Part shown: one piece after another, positions 13,830 through 26,716 of the stretch
Position numbering within the stretch: the stretch's first letter is position 1
Layout of the letters: each line of letters opens with the position of its first letter
Assembly (NCBI GenBank): GCA_964016885.1
Contig: OZ024742.1
Coordinates: forward strand, 334,614,001 to 334,678,000
Reading direction: 5' to 3'
DNA: 64,000 nucleotides
Source: Eledone cirrhosa
Taxonomy: Eukaryota
Notes under the pieces: model-generated
Database searches by the model: none
What the model was told of the DNA's origin: nothing
The model's input: only the letters and a program-made list of their open reading frames with translations
Program-made: the position numbers and the translations under genes

Positions 13830-13879
<50 letters not shown>

Positions 13880-14080
13880 CCTTTATATCTGTATTTTTAA
13901 CCGTTGGTCAATCAATGATAAACGTTGATTGACAAATAAATTAACTATGGAGATATAAAAGATACAAAAGCGAAGAAAAAGCAAACAGTGTGTTCTCTTG
14001 TTATTTCTGGCAATATTATTACAACAATATGACCCTCCTCAAGTATAACAATATATATATATAGAGAGAGAGAGAGAGAC

Positions 14081-14114
<34 letters not shown>

Positions 14115-14120
14115 GGGAGA

Positions 14121-14197
<77 letters not shown>

Positions 14198-15867
14198 ATG
14201 TGTGTGTGAGTGTATTTAAATTAGTTTCTAGACGTCTCCACTGTGAAAATAAGGAAGTGTAAATATTTTAAAGTTTCTTGTATACAATGAAAAATATAAG
14301 AGATTGCATTTATGCATTTCGTAAACCTTTGTCCTCTTATAAGAATATAAAACTCGTTAAGAATAATCATGGGCTGAACCTGACTCTGGCAACGTTATAT
14401 TTGTTAAGTAAGTTGTAGAAGATAGCTGAAATGGTCAGTTTGATTTGGCGAAAAATTAATACTTATTCACATGGCGCTTGCATCTAGTTGTTCTACTGTC
14501 TTGAACAGCTGGATATGTTCATGCAACCTGCAGTATTTATAAAGAGAAAGACCAAAATATTGGCTTGTTGCCATGAAAATCTCTGTAAATCATCGCCATG
14601 TTCCTCAAAGGCTGGCCTAGCTCTCCCTGACTCATGTGAAGATGCATAATAAATTTTTCAAACTTTTTGCACCACAATTGTTCACAAACAGCAAACACAG
14701 GAACACCAAATATGTCCGACAATCTCGCTTATGACGAACAAAGAGCAAAATTTGTTAACTTTACCATTTGTTAACCTATTTAACGAACAGAGACACGCAA
14801 TGACTCCAGCCATACAAACATACCCCCCCCCCCACACACACACACTTCCATCATTTTGTTTCTTAACGCATTATATGTTTTCAACTCATATATATAGGTC
14901 TACGGAACAGAATATAAAGTAGGAAAAAATTAAATTGTAACTAAATATACCTCTATACCCATGTGTGTGTGAGTGAGAGAGAGAGAGGCGGAAGGGAGAG
15001 AGAGAGAGAGCGGAATGGAGATATTCAGAGGTTGATCTCCTTTGCGCTTAATCAGAAAATCAATTATAGAATAGAACTGATTGTACGTGAATAAAAAACA
15101 GACACTCACGTACACACTCACATCCACTTTCCCACTTACGATACACAAAAAAAAACACACACATAGACGAAACCACACATATACACACACAGAAAAATAA
15201 AATCAACGAAATACAATCCATCTGCACACACATAACCGTAAAAATGCAACACCCACATTCTGTGCCTCTTAAGAGTCAATGGCCATCCAAAATCACCGGG
15301 AGAGATGACCCCTTAACCTTTATCAAGGCAGAATTCTAGGAGAAGGAAAACTCTGATATAACACCTGCAACACTGATGGTATCCAATGATGTTGACTTGT
15401 TCTTCTTTTTGGTAAATATCATCTTGGTTAAGAGAGTGGGACTGGCTTTGTGCAGTGCCTTTGCTCACTATAAAAGCTTCACGGCACAGGCATTGCTTTA
15501 TATCTGGAGATCTCTCTGCACTTGTCGTCACATGGTACCATGGGCCCAGCACTATGTGTCAATAATTGTCACAAGTGTAGTGTTTGTACCAGAGTTTTCA
15601 AGTCGCTGGCTGAACTAAAAAGTCACATTCGTTCAGCGCATCGGTAGGGGTTCTCCTACATGGATATAAAGTAGTGGCCGTACTCGAAAACGAGTTGGCA
15701 GCCACCACCATGTATGTATGTATTTTAACTTGCATTGCTGTAGATGTCCATAGACTAAAATAGCTAGCGAGATAAACGGTCTGAAGCAAATGGTTACATG
15801 AAGGGAGACGGACTGCCCCAGACATATAGATCACAGATCATATAATCTCAATTCACGCTATATTTCC

Positions 15868-15923
15868 TGTGTGTATGTGTGTGTGAGAAAGTGCGTGTGA
15901 GAGGGAGGGTATGTGTGTGTGAG

Positions 15924-16013
<90 letters not shown>

Positions 16014-16460
16014 TGTGAAAGAGAGAGTATGTGTGTGAGCGCGTAGGTATTTGCGTGTGTGTGAGAGAGAGAGAGTGTGTGAGTGTCAAAGAGAGAGATA
16101 GAGAGTGTGCGTGTGTATGTGTGTGTGTTAGCATGCTCGTACGTATTTGTGGGAGAGAGAGAGAGAGAGAGATGTGTGTGAGAGAGAGAAAGAGTATATT
16201 TGTGTGAGAGAAAGAGTATATTTGTGTGAGAGAAGACGTATATGTGTGAGAGAGACAGAGTGTGTGTGTGTGTGTGAGAGAGAGAGGGAGTATATGTGTG
16301 GGAGAGAGAAAGAGTATATGTGTGAGAGAGAGAGAGTGTGTGTGTGAGAGAGGGAGAGTATATGTGTGTGAGAGAAAGAATATATGTGTGAGAGAGAGAG
16401 TGTGTGAGTGTGTGTGAGGGAGAGACAGAGAGAGTGTATGAAAGTGAGAGACAGAGTGTT

Positions 16461-16502
<42 letters not shown>

Positions 16503-16625
16503 TGTGCGTGTGTGCGTGTGTGTGTGTATGTGTGTGTGTGCGTGTGTGTGTGTGTGTGTGCGTGTATGTGTGTGCGTGTATGTGTGTGTGTGTGTATGCC
16601 TGCGTGTGTGTGCCTTTGTGTGTCA
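15868..16625. repeat. Compound (GT)n/(GA)n microsatellite tract
   Basis: Direct reading. It is the source of the His/Thr- and Cys/Val-rich spurious ORFs. Confidence 0.95.
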
Positions 16626-17067
16626 TTTTAGACACTGTCCGACTTAACAACCAACATAAATCATTGCAACGCTGTTGGTAGCCAGCTCTATTTCTTCAGG
16701 GCATCACTAAGCATAAATGTCCCTATTCTGTTTATTTTATTTATTTAAATCTGTATATATTTTCACATTGGTTGAGTGAACTGTACATCAGATCTATCTC
16801 CCTTGTTATTTTTTCATTGTAGACTTCCACTAGCTTTCGCTCGCTTACCATATTTTCCTCTATCTCTGTTTGTCTATCCATCTATCTAGCTAGATAGCTA
16901 GATATCTATCTAGTTATATATCTACCAACGAAGGGATCCACCTAGTTTCATTAAAAGACAATTGGGTGTTTTTCCCCAAGGGCTGACATCAAAGAATACA
17001 GCTTATATTATATTCATCAGCATGACGTCAACATCTCAAATGAGAAATAATATTATACGCACACACA

Positions 17068-17165
<98 letters not shown>

Positions 17166-17250
17166 TGTGTGTGTGTGTGTGTGCTTATACTTATATAGGT
17201 TTAGGGAGTGGAATGAGATTGCGAAAAGTTGCAGAATACGCATTTTCGGT

Positions 17251-17578
<328 letters not shown>

Positions 17579-18142
17579 AAATCCTATTCATCTGCCCAAT
17601 GTAATGTGAAATAATATCTAACATTGGTTTCTAGGAATATCATCAGCATCGTCTTCATATTATAATATAAATACCTCTAGCCCTTCCTTCTATGTCCTTT
17701 CCTCTACTGCTCTAAATCACATTTGAAGCTGTTATGTTTTGCTGAACCCTTTAGGGGACAATACTTTCATGAATAACAGATATAAATAATTTAAATATAT
17801 AGAGTATATATTGGCCCCTCGATACTTAACATCTAAAGAATTTCTAAGAGTGCAATTATTCTGATAATCTAACATCCAAGCTTTACATTTTATCTTTCTT
17901 CTATATATTTTTACCTTCGTTAATCTAAAGTTTCCTATGAAATATAATTAGATTTTTTTTTAAATAATATTTCTACTATTTTAAGATAAGTATTTTGTTT
18001 AAGTAATATATTCAATTGCACATTTATGACCAGCTTTATTATAATTATATTATATTTTATTGTTAACTTATAATGTAGTATCACTCAAGTATTGAGGCTC
18101 ACTTGGTCTTTTATCAGTCAAGTATCATTATATATATATATA

Positions 18143-18335
18143 GGGCGGTGGATTGGCAGTATCAGTAGAGAGTCGGACACCATGCACTGTAGCATAGAGT
18201 TACGGCCCTTTATGGTCTGAGTTCAAATCCCGCCGAGGTTACCTTTGCCTTTCATCCTTACGGCGTCGATAAAATAAGGTACCAGTAAAGCACTGGAGTA
18301 ATTGCTGGTCTTGTGCCAGCAGCAGAAACAATTAT
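18143..18335 (+). mobile_element. tRNA-derived SINE with a Meta-domain-like core
   Basis: A box TGGCAGTATCAG, B box GAGTTCAAATC, core GCCTTTCATCCTTACGG.GTCGATAAAATAA.GTACC. Other copies at 18558, 23685 and 36218. Confidence 0.85.
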
Positions 18336-18411
18336 ACATATACATGTATATATATATATACATATATATATATGCGTGTGTGTGTATGTGTGTGTACAGT
18401 ATACTATTTAC

Positions 18412-18465
18412 GTGCCAACTCTCTGATGAAGGGTACCCACCCAGAAACATTAGTGTCTGCAGTAC
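18412..18465 (+). ncRNA. Degenerate hammerhead motif (stem I poorly paired)
   Basis: CTGATGA-aGGGT accc ACCCa-GAAA-CA ttag TG-TC. The core, stem II, stem III and GUC site are present. Confidence 0.5.
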
Positions 18466-18557
18466 TGTTTACATGCCAATACAAGAGCAAGAATGATGAG
18501 GTCATTCTACTGACATGGTTTGAAGAGGCTGTTTGTATGATTGCAAACAAATCGAAA

Positions 18558-18745
18558 GGGCGGTGGATTGGCAGTATCGGTAGAGGGTCGGACGCCATGC
18601 TTTCCAGCATAGTTACGTCCCTTTACGATCTGAGTTCAAATCCCGCCGAGGTTAACTTTGCCTTTCATCCTTACGGGGTCGATAAAATAAAGTACCAGTA
18701 ATGCACTGGGTAATTGCTGGCCTTGTGCCTAAAGTAGAAACAATT
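18558..18745 (+). mobile_element. tRNA-derived SINE (same family as 18143)
   Basis: A and B boxes plus the same core sequence. Confidence 0.85.
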
Positions 18746-19399
18746 ATTTATATTCGGAAAACTCAGATTACATTTATTGTATTCAGCTGTGTAGAGAGAT
18801 AAACTATTTGTTACATATATATATTAAAATAACAGATTAAAGTTTAAACAAAACAGAATCCTGCTTTCACGCGTTCACATTGATTAATTTTAGTTTCAGA
18901 AGATCCCGTTTATGGTGAAAGCAGCGATTCTTTGCTTAACTTTTAATCTGTTAATTTAGTAATATATATATATCTATATATATATATATTATAAATGTAA
19001 GCTATCGCCGTATTTTGACTAAAGAAATTATTTAGCCTGATAGTGGGGTTAAGAACCCTCGGAGAAATAGAAAAAGATGAGTATTGACGTACATGGAAGT
19101 CGAACCCACATCTTTGGTTATCCAGACCACTGTGATACCATTTACACCAACACATCACCCGTCTTTTTCAAATTAGAAGCTATAAACTTAGCGACTGTAA
19201 TGTCAAGTAATAATATTTTCGAAACAGCAGGCAGGTTTGAAATTATTAAAAATTTAAGCTATCGCCGTATTTTGACTAAAGGGTTCTTAACCCCACTATC
19301 AGGCTAAATAATTTCTTTAATTTCTTTAGTCAAAATACGGCGGTAGCTTACATTTATAATAATTTCAAACCTGCCCGGTGTTTCGAAAATATTCTTACT

Positions 19400-20183
19400 A
19401 TATATATGTATTTATATTTCGTTTTTGAATTTGTTTAGCAAGATTCCTTATCCGAAAACTTGTGTTGAAACCGATATTGTTATACTTTGGGAGGGTCATG
19501 TTGCCAATAAGAAACACACGCACCTCCTCAGTGACCGGGCATTCTTTTGTAGTATAGGAGAACGATTAAACGAACACTGACGAGAGATTCAAAATAGAAA
19601 AGACTCACCAGTACTCCACCAACATGCTAAAATAGAATATAAGAGCAAATTAGAGAACATAGAAATAAAAATAAGATGTACCCACAGAAAAGACGCAATG
19701 TTTAGACAAATCACAGAGGCAATAAACATAAATGAACTCCAACCAAAATTAAATAGAAAACATGAATGGAATAGCACTATCACAACTTTAAATTAAGGAC
19801 AAAATGAAAACACACACACATAGAACAAACAAACAACTAGTAACATGTAAATAAACAAATAGATAAACAAATAAAAACACACAGACACCCGGATGTAACA
19901 CATGCGCAAACTATGCACACAACACACACAAAAACAAGATGGCGTAGGACAGAACAAAGGAGAGTCACAAAACAAAGAAAAGAATTCCCGGTCACTGATG
20001 AGGTCACAGAATGTGTGACGAAAGAACTTTGACAATATATGAACAACCGTCCGTTTGTGGAACCAGCCAATCAATCGGAAATTTATAAATTTCTTAAATT
20101 TATAATTTAATTTATAATAAATTGGAGTGAGAGCAACTGGTGCGTGTGTTTTTCCTTTTGGCAACATGACCCCCCCAAAGTAT

Positions 20184-20190
<7 letters not shown>
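19400..20190 (+). mobile_element. 5'-truncated PLE (family of the 30.6-33.2 kb element) with an inverted 3' tail at its left end
   Basis: 19550-20135 aligns with 32652-33210 (GIY-YIG end plus UTR). 19474-19524 is the reverse complement of 20139-20190. Confidence 0.88.
19991..20033 (+). ncRNA. Minimal hammerhead ribozyme
   Basis: GTCA-CTGATGA-g-GTCAC agaatgt GTGAC-GAAA-GAAC-TT-TGAC. Confidence 0.88.
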
Positions 20191-20231
<41 letters not shown>

Positions 20232-20236
20232 ATGTG

Positions 20237-20440
20237 TTTATCTCGGATTCAATCGGGTGTAACCACAGTAATTAAGGTACTCAATACATAACAGAGTATA
20301 AATATTTAATATAGAAATGGCTTCTACAGGACCAGAGGAATCATTGGAGGAAATCATCAGGAAAGCCCAGGGCTTTCCTGATGATTTCCTCCGAATGAGA
20401 CAGTTCTAGTGGTGTAGAAGCCATTTCTATAATAAATATA
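20237..20440 (-). mobile_element. Fold-back pLTR remnant, family F2, with two degenerate hammerheads back to back
   Basis: The palindrome is centred at 20369 (GAAAGCCC-A-GGGCTTTC) with CTGATGA on both arms. The tail 20237-20310 is the reverse complement of 7075-7153. Confidence 0.75.
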
Positions 20441-20646
20441 TATATATACACACATATATATGTATATGTGTGTGAGTATGACGGTCATCTACAATTTACC
20501 TGTAGCAAATTGCACTCATGAAATATTAGTTAACCGGAAGATGTAGTAGAAGATATTTGCTCGAGGTCATCTGTAGCGAGGCTGAACCCAGAATCATGTG
20601 ATTGGGATTCGAATGAATTAATCATACTGCTATATCTATGCGTATA

Positions 20647-22003
20647 TCTATACTATAAAGCTGACGGCCGTATGTTGGTAACAAACTTTCCGCCAAGCGG
20701 CTAGACCAAATAGCACCAATTTTGCACCATAGATGTAACTTTTTCCATGTAAAAAAGTGAGGGTATTTTTCTCTACTGAATTTTGTTAAAAGATTAAAGA
20801 CATTATTTAAATATTCACTTCTTTAAAATTTCAAATGTCAACACTTTTTCTTATGACGTCGCACAACATTCCCCTCTTTTTCTTAGTCTGTATGTATGAT
20901 TGTCTGCATTAGATAACGTTTTTGAAATATTTACTTCTGCGTTCACAGACTGATTTTTGAAGTTTCAGAAAATTCCGTTAAGGGTGAAAACAGCGATTCT
21001 TTGCGATTCTTTGCTTAAACTTAAATCTGTTATTTTAATATATTTATTCGTATACATATATTTTTGCATACACAAAAAACAAAAACCTATTTATTTCCTG
21101 AAAGCACAGAGGGCTTATCGTCATTGTTACTGTTCGAGGTTAGAGGAGCACAGTCTTTCCAAGATCTGAGAACCATCAATGGCCATCAATGTTCCACTTA
21201 CCGTTTGGCTTGCCAGATGCGTGGTATGTTACACGATGACAGCCATTGACACCTCACCCTGCAAGAAGCAGCAACTGCTAAAGTCCCTTCTCAGCTGCGA
21301 AAACCTTTTGGTATTATGATGCACAACTGCAATCTCTCTGACCGTCTCGCAATGTGGAACAACCACCGCGAAAGTCTAGCTGAGGACATCCTCCACCGCA
21401 CACGCAGACACAATCCGAACGTAACATACGATGTCGTTTTCAATGAGGCGCTTATTTGTCTTGAAAACAGTGTCCTGATTGGTGGTAGGCCTCTAAGTCA
21501 CTACAGCTTACCTCTGACAGGAGTGTCCAGAGGTTAACTTCTACAGAGCTTCTCTGCGAGACGAGCTACGAGATCAGTGATTCTCCCATGGTCAATTGTA
21601 TGTAGGATGCTCTAGGATTAGCTCGCCAAACAATCTCTTTATCTTTGCTCCGGAGGCCCGAACAAAAAATATTGTATACTCTGAGGCTCTAGCAATGTAA
21701 TTTAAATATTTTCTATTACTTGGAATTTCCATTATGGTTGTACAAATTATTGTTTGTTAAAAAATGTGTTCTCTGTTCAGCCTTTATTGTTGTAATTATA
21801 AATTTTATTTAACGTACTGGCTGCTGAACTGGAAAATCCTAAAAGCTATTCAAACCCAACATCAGAACACGTTAACCCCCCCCCCCCCCCCCTCCCCCCC
21901 CCCCCCCCTCCCCTCCCTGACTTGAGAGGGCGTGTAGGGGAAATTCCTGAAAAGATAAAATGCCGGTATACCTAGCCGGGCGCCAGCAGGACGGGTCAGC
22001 TAG
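20647..22003 (+). mobile_element. Internally deleted Helitron
   Basis: 5' end A|TCTATACTATAAAG; 3' GC-rich subterminal stretch then CTAG|T. RepHel remnants: LLLFEVRGAQSFQDLRTING..TYRLAC..G.LHDD and SHGQLYVGCSR..TKNIVYSEAL. Confidence 0.88.
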
Positions 22004-23209
22004 TGTATATTATTATGTATGTACATATGTATGTATTTTGCTAGGCTGTACATTTTTTCTTAGAAGCTTGATATGTTTGATCAGAGTTTTTCACAAGAAT
22101 AAATATGAGCGACTGGTATATACAAGTCATTTCAGAAATAAGTAAAGTTTTGTAGCTGAATGTAAAGACAAGTTTCTTTCGGGAGTTGTTACTTGGAAAT
22201 CGCGTTTATGCAGGGACTTGTGTTCATTTTCGTAATAATTCCTTTGTGACACATCGGAAGAATAAATTGAAAAAGAAGCCGGTGTTATTTTTTTGTTTCT
22301 CCATTCTATGATATCAAAATTGTGGTTTTGATTATTGGTGAGTTGATCAGAAAATTTATCTCAACATAAAGTTATTTGCTCATTGATAAATTATGATATG
22401 CTTCTTATTCATCAATCTCAATTTCACGATCTAAAAGATCAATATCTGTTTATTGTTTATGCAGATTATATTTTGCAAGTGAAACTAATATAATTTTCTT
22501 TAAGAAAAAAAAATTACAGAATTACTTCTTTGTAGTTTTTCATTAACCATAATGATAATATTTCTACATAATGTAATTGTTTTAATCACAAACTGTTTCT
22601 GGAGTCTTTTTAATCTAGATATAAAATTAAATACCTTGATATAATCGCATAAAGAATTTGAAATTAACACTCTGTCTTATTTTTCTACTTTATCTCAATT
22701 TTCTTTTCTCTTCGACCACATCTGAAGCTGACAAGAACAGATAGGGAAGGATGGAGTAGTGTTGCTATTGAGTGGTGCAATAACAGAATAATTGAGTGAG
22801 TCGAATTACGGGGACTACGTGGTATTTTTAATCAAAAATACATCATATTCAGAATATCGAGGCACATATAGGATTGCACGAGTACTATATAGAGAGAATT
22901 GAATGTTGCATTGATTTAAATAAATGTAAATAAAAAAAAAAGACTGGGGAGAAATTGTGTCGGGCGTATTCTAAATGTCGGTGGGAAGTAAAGACGTCCT
23001 TCGTGATTGCCGAAGTATGAAAGACTGCATCATTCAACAAAAATATCATATACGCAGGCGTGGCTGTGTGGTTCAGGAATTTGCTTTAGAAGTATGAGAT
23101 TTTGAAGCCAGTCGTATTGCGTGACACATTGGAGGACTGTGTGTGTGTGTGTGTAAATAAAATTAAATATTTCGAGAAATGTATATATATAAGAAAATGA
23201 GGCTTTTGT

Positions 23210-23331
23210 ATACGAGAAAATCCACAAACCCTCCATCTTAATTCTACTTTTGAAAAGCATAAGAATTGTGAAAGCGGTAAAGGAAACAGATATTCTTAAA
23301 AAGACTCCATTTGCATTTTCGATTCTTTTCC

Positions 23332-23332
<1 letters not shown>
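23210..23332 (+). mobile_element. pLTR-like remnant, family F3, with a degraded U3:A8 hammerhead (23242-23285)
   Basis: Homologous to 25208-25335. Reads CTT-TTGAAAA-GCAT aagaa TTGT-GAAA-GCGG-TA-AAG and ends at (TA)n. Confidence 0.65.
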
Positions 23333-23399
<67 letters not shown>

Positions 23400-23684
23400 C
23401 ACATTGATAATGCCTCAATGTTGAGGTTAGAACAAATACTGAGAGTTTCTTCCTAGGCTTCTAGGGAGAATTTAAACAAAACAGTAAACATTGACTAATC
23501 ATTTTCTAAACATATTTGTATTTCTGATCTACATTTTGATGTTCAGCGCATTAAACACATTTGCACTATCCTATCGAATATACTTTCTGAATCATTCACT
23601 CAACAGTGTCGGCATCGAGGTGTATAGTGCACTTGCTTAGCCTTCTCCCAAATAAAACTATTTCAACTCATAGTTAGACGGGCT

Positions 23685-23783
23685 GGTTAACTTTGCCTTT
23701 CATCCTTACGGGGTCGATAAAATAAAGTACCAGTAATGCACTGGGTAATTGCTGGCCTTGTGCCAAAAGTAGAAACAATTATT
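23685..23783 (+). mobile_element. 3' half of the SINE family at 18143/18558
   Basis: Nearly identical to 18650-18745. Confidence 0.85.
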
Positions 23784-25084
23784 AGGCTTCCGTCTATCAA
23801 ATTTCACTCATAAGGCATTCGTCATCATGAGTCTATAATAGATGATATTTGGCCAGGGTTTCCCGCAGTTGGGATGAATACAAACCAGGTGGTTGCGAAG
23901 TGAACTTCTTACTCTTACAGCCATATATCTACATATTTTGGTTTTGACCCGAACAACATATAACGTCAATATTTAGGCTCATTTACCAAGATATAAACTC
24001 AAAATCAGGACGAATCAGTTCCTGTACTCGCGTTGTAATTCAGCCCAGAGAATATGAAAGCCAGCTGTAATTTTGTAGACTTTGAAGCCTGGAAGACTTT
24101 AATCGTTCTAACAATTCACTGCATTAACGGATCAACGAATTCTCTTACTCTTTGGAGCAAACAGAAAATAGAATGTCCATGGTCAACAAGGTTTTCTGAT
24201 TTAGACACAGAGCCAGCAATTTTAAGGGGGTGAAAGGTGATTAAATTGATTCAGTACTTAAGCAGTACTTTATTTTGCTGATCCGGAACATTGAAAGGCA
24301 AGGTTGACCACAGCAGGTTTTGAACTCAGAATGTAAAGAACCAAAACAAATACGGCAACACAACTCTCTCAACACACCATCCTGTTCCGGTTAACGTAAT
24401 TACAAAGAAAATGTTATTGAAGTTTTAAGTTGAAACTAGGGTTGTAATGATTTAGAGAGAGACAGTCATGTCATGCGCCTCTCACAAACTTTTCTTCGGC
24501 TAGGAAAAATCATGATTATATTTCAAAAGATGTATGAATCTTGCATATGTCTCTGTATATACAATTGAAGCACAATTCCACACAATATACATATGTGTGA
24601 CTCATAGATCCTTTCTTACCCCATATATTTGGATGTACAGTATTTATATAAGAAATGTGCAATAATTTATCAGAGCAACACTAGCAATCCTAACTTAAAT
24701 CCATCATGATAAATTATGGTTTATATATTATTTCTCTCTCAAATTTAAATTTGAATACCATTAGTTTTGTTACTTTCCTAGACTAACAAATGCGTTAAAC
24801 TTCCTGTGGGTTTTAGTACGTTGAAAGAGCTCTATGGAAGAAAGAATATTTTAGAAGATTTCTATTAGCTTTCCTGATGTCCCATGACAGCGTGGTATTA
24901 GGTTTTTTTCTCAAAATTCATGTAAACTTTCAGGACACGCATCGCAAAATTTGATATATTATAACCGTTCCCTAATTATTCCATTTCCGACAGGTGAAAT
25001 TTGACAGTTGTATTATGATTTTAATAATTTCACAATTTCATGCTCGTTAAACCTGAACGCGCACACGTACAGACACACACACAC

Positions 25085-25142
<58 letters not shown>

Positions 25143-25153
25143 CCGCACATATG

Positions 25154-25193
<40 letters not shown>

Positions 25194-25236
25194 CGTGTAT
25201 GTATATGTGAGAAAAACCACAAACCCTCCATCTCAA

Positions 25237-25280
25237 TTCTACTTTTGAAAAGCAGAAGAACTGCGAAACCGGTAAAGGAA
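25237..25280 (+). ncRNA. Minimal hammerhead with a U3:A8 covariant core (family F3)
   Basis: TTC-ta-CTT-TTGAAAA-GCAG aagaa CTGC-GAAA-CCGG-TA-AAG-GAA, with palindromic stem III ACCGGT and a GUA site. Confidence 0.75.
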
Positions 25281-25339
25281 CCAAATAATTATATATTTAA
25301 AAAAAGACTGCAGTTGCATTTTCGATTTCATCATTTTTC

Positions 25340-25824
<485 letters not shown>

Positions 25825-25868
25825 TGACGAAACATAAGTCAATTGTATGAACTCATAATCCTTTATTT

Positions 25869-25924
25869 ACTGCTATATATATTTCGAAGATAACCATTGA
25901 ATGGCTATGACCTCATCAAGCAGT
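25869..25924 (-). ncRNA. Hammerhead motif (U3 with G8) in a probable PLE remnant
   Basis: Minus strand: ACTGC-TTGATGA-ggtcATAGCCAT tca ATGGTTATcttc-GAAA-TATATA-TA-GCAGT. Confidence 0.72.
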
Positions 25925-26716
25925 TATTCAGTTCTTAGATATGCCACCTCTGTTTTTATAGCGTTGATGGTATCAGAGCCTTGGGACATATGAGCTTGTT
26001 AGAAATAATTTAATGTTGTCAGCAGGAATAGTCTTCATTCTCATTGGTCAGTTTGTAGATGGTAGTAGGGCTGGTATTTGACCTCAAAGAAGTAGGTGTT
26101 TTGTAAAGATCAGACCGTCAGCCAAGATGACAATAGTTCCATATGACTGATTTTCACAAAAGGCATTCCTGGTCAGATATATATTCAATTAAGGTTAATA
26201 GTATGAAAGAGATACTACAGGTCATTCTTAAATTGAGGAATTTATGTGGAGTGGTGTACTGGAAATTATGGTTGGAGTAGAAAATTTACAAATAAAAAGA
26301 CTTATGTAGGTTGACTTGCATTACACTCACACCCAACTCCACAGACACATACACACTTCTACACATACAAAAAGTGGGGTGGTAATACTTAATATAATGG
26401 TTAGAGTCCAATAATTAGATAGTTTAGAAAATTTAGAAATAAAAGGTTTATGCTGGTTGACTTGTACATAGACTCACACCTACCCCCTCAGACACTCACA
26501 CATATACACACACAAATCCATACAGGTGTGTATATATATGTATATATATCCTTTATACTCTTCCCTTCATTCTACACATCTTCTACACACCGCGCATCTC
26601 AACGTACACCCACTTACATCTCTCTCTCCACCACCGGACCTTGTTACCCGGTGATTTACCCATTTGCATTGTCGAGGCTTCCAAACGACTTAAAGATATT
26701 TACTTATTGTTCCACA

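Noticed and set aside
14350-15840. Coding-like composition on the minus strand
   Set aside because: Probably decayed transposon sequence, but no motif could be identified.
17615-17652. CTGATGA...GAAA on the minus strand
   Set aside because: Stems I-III do not pair.
21876-21918. Long poly-C run (possible G-quadruplex on the minus strand)
   Set aside because: It is a homopolymer inside a Helitron with unreliable length and no functional evidence.
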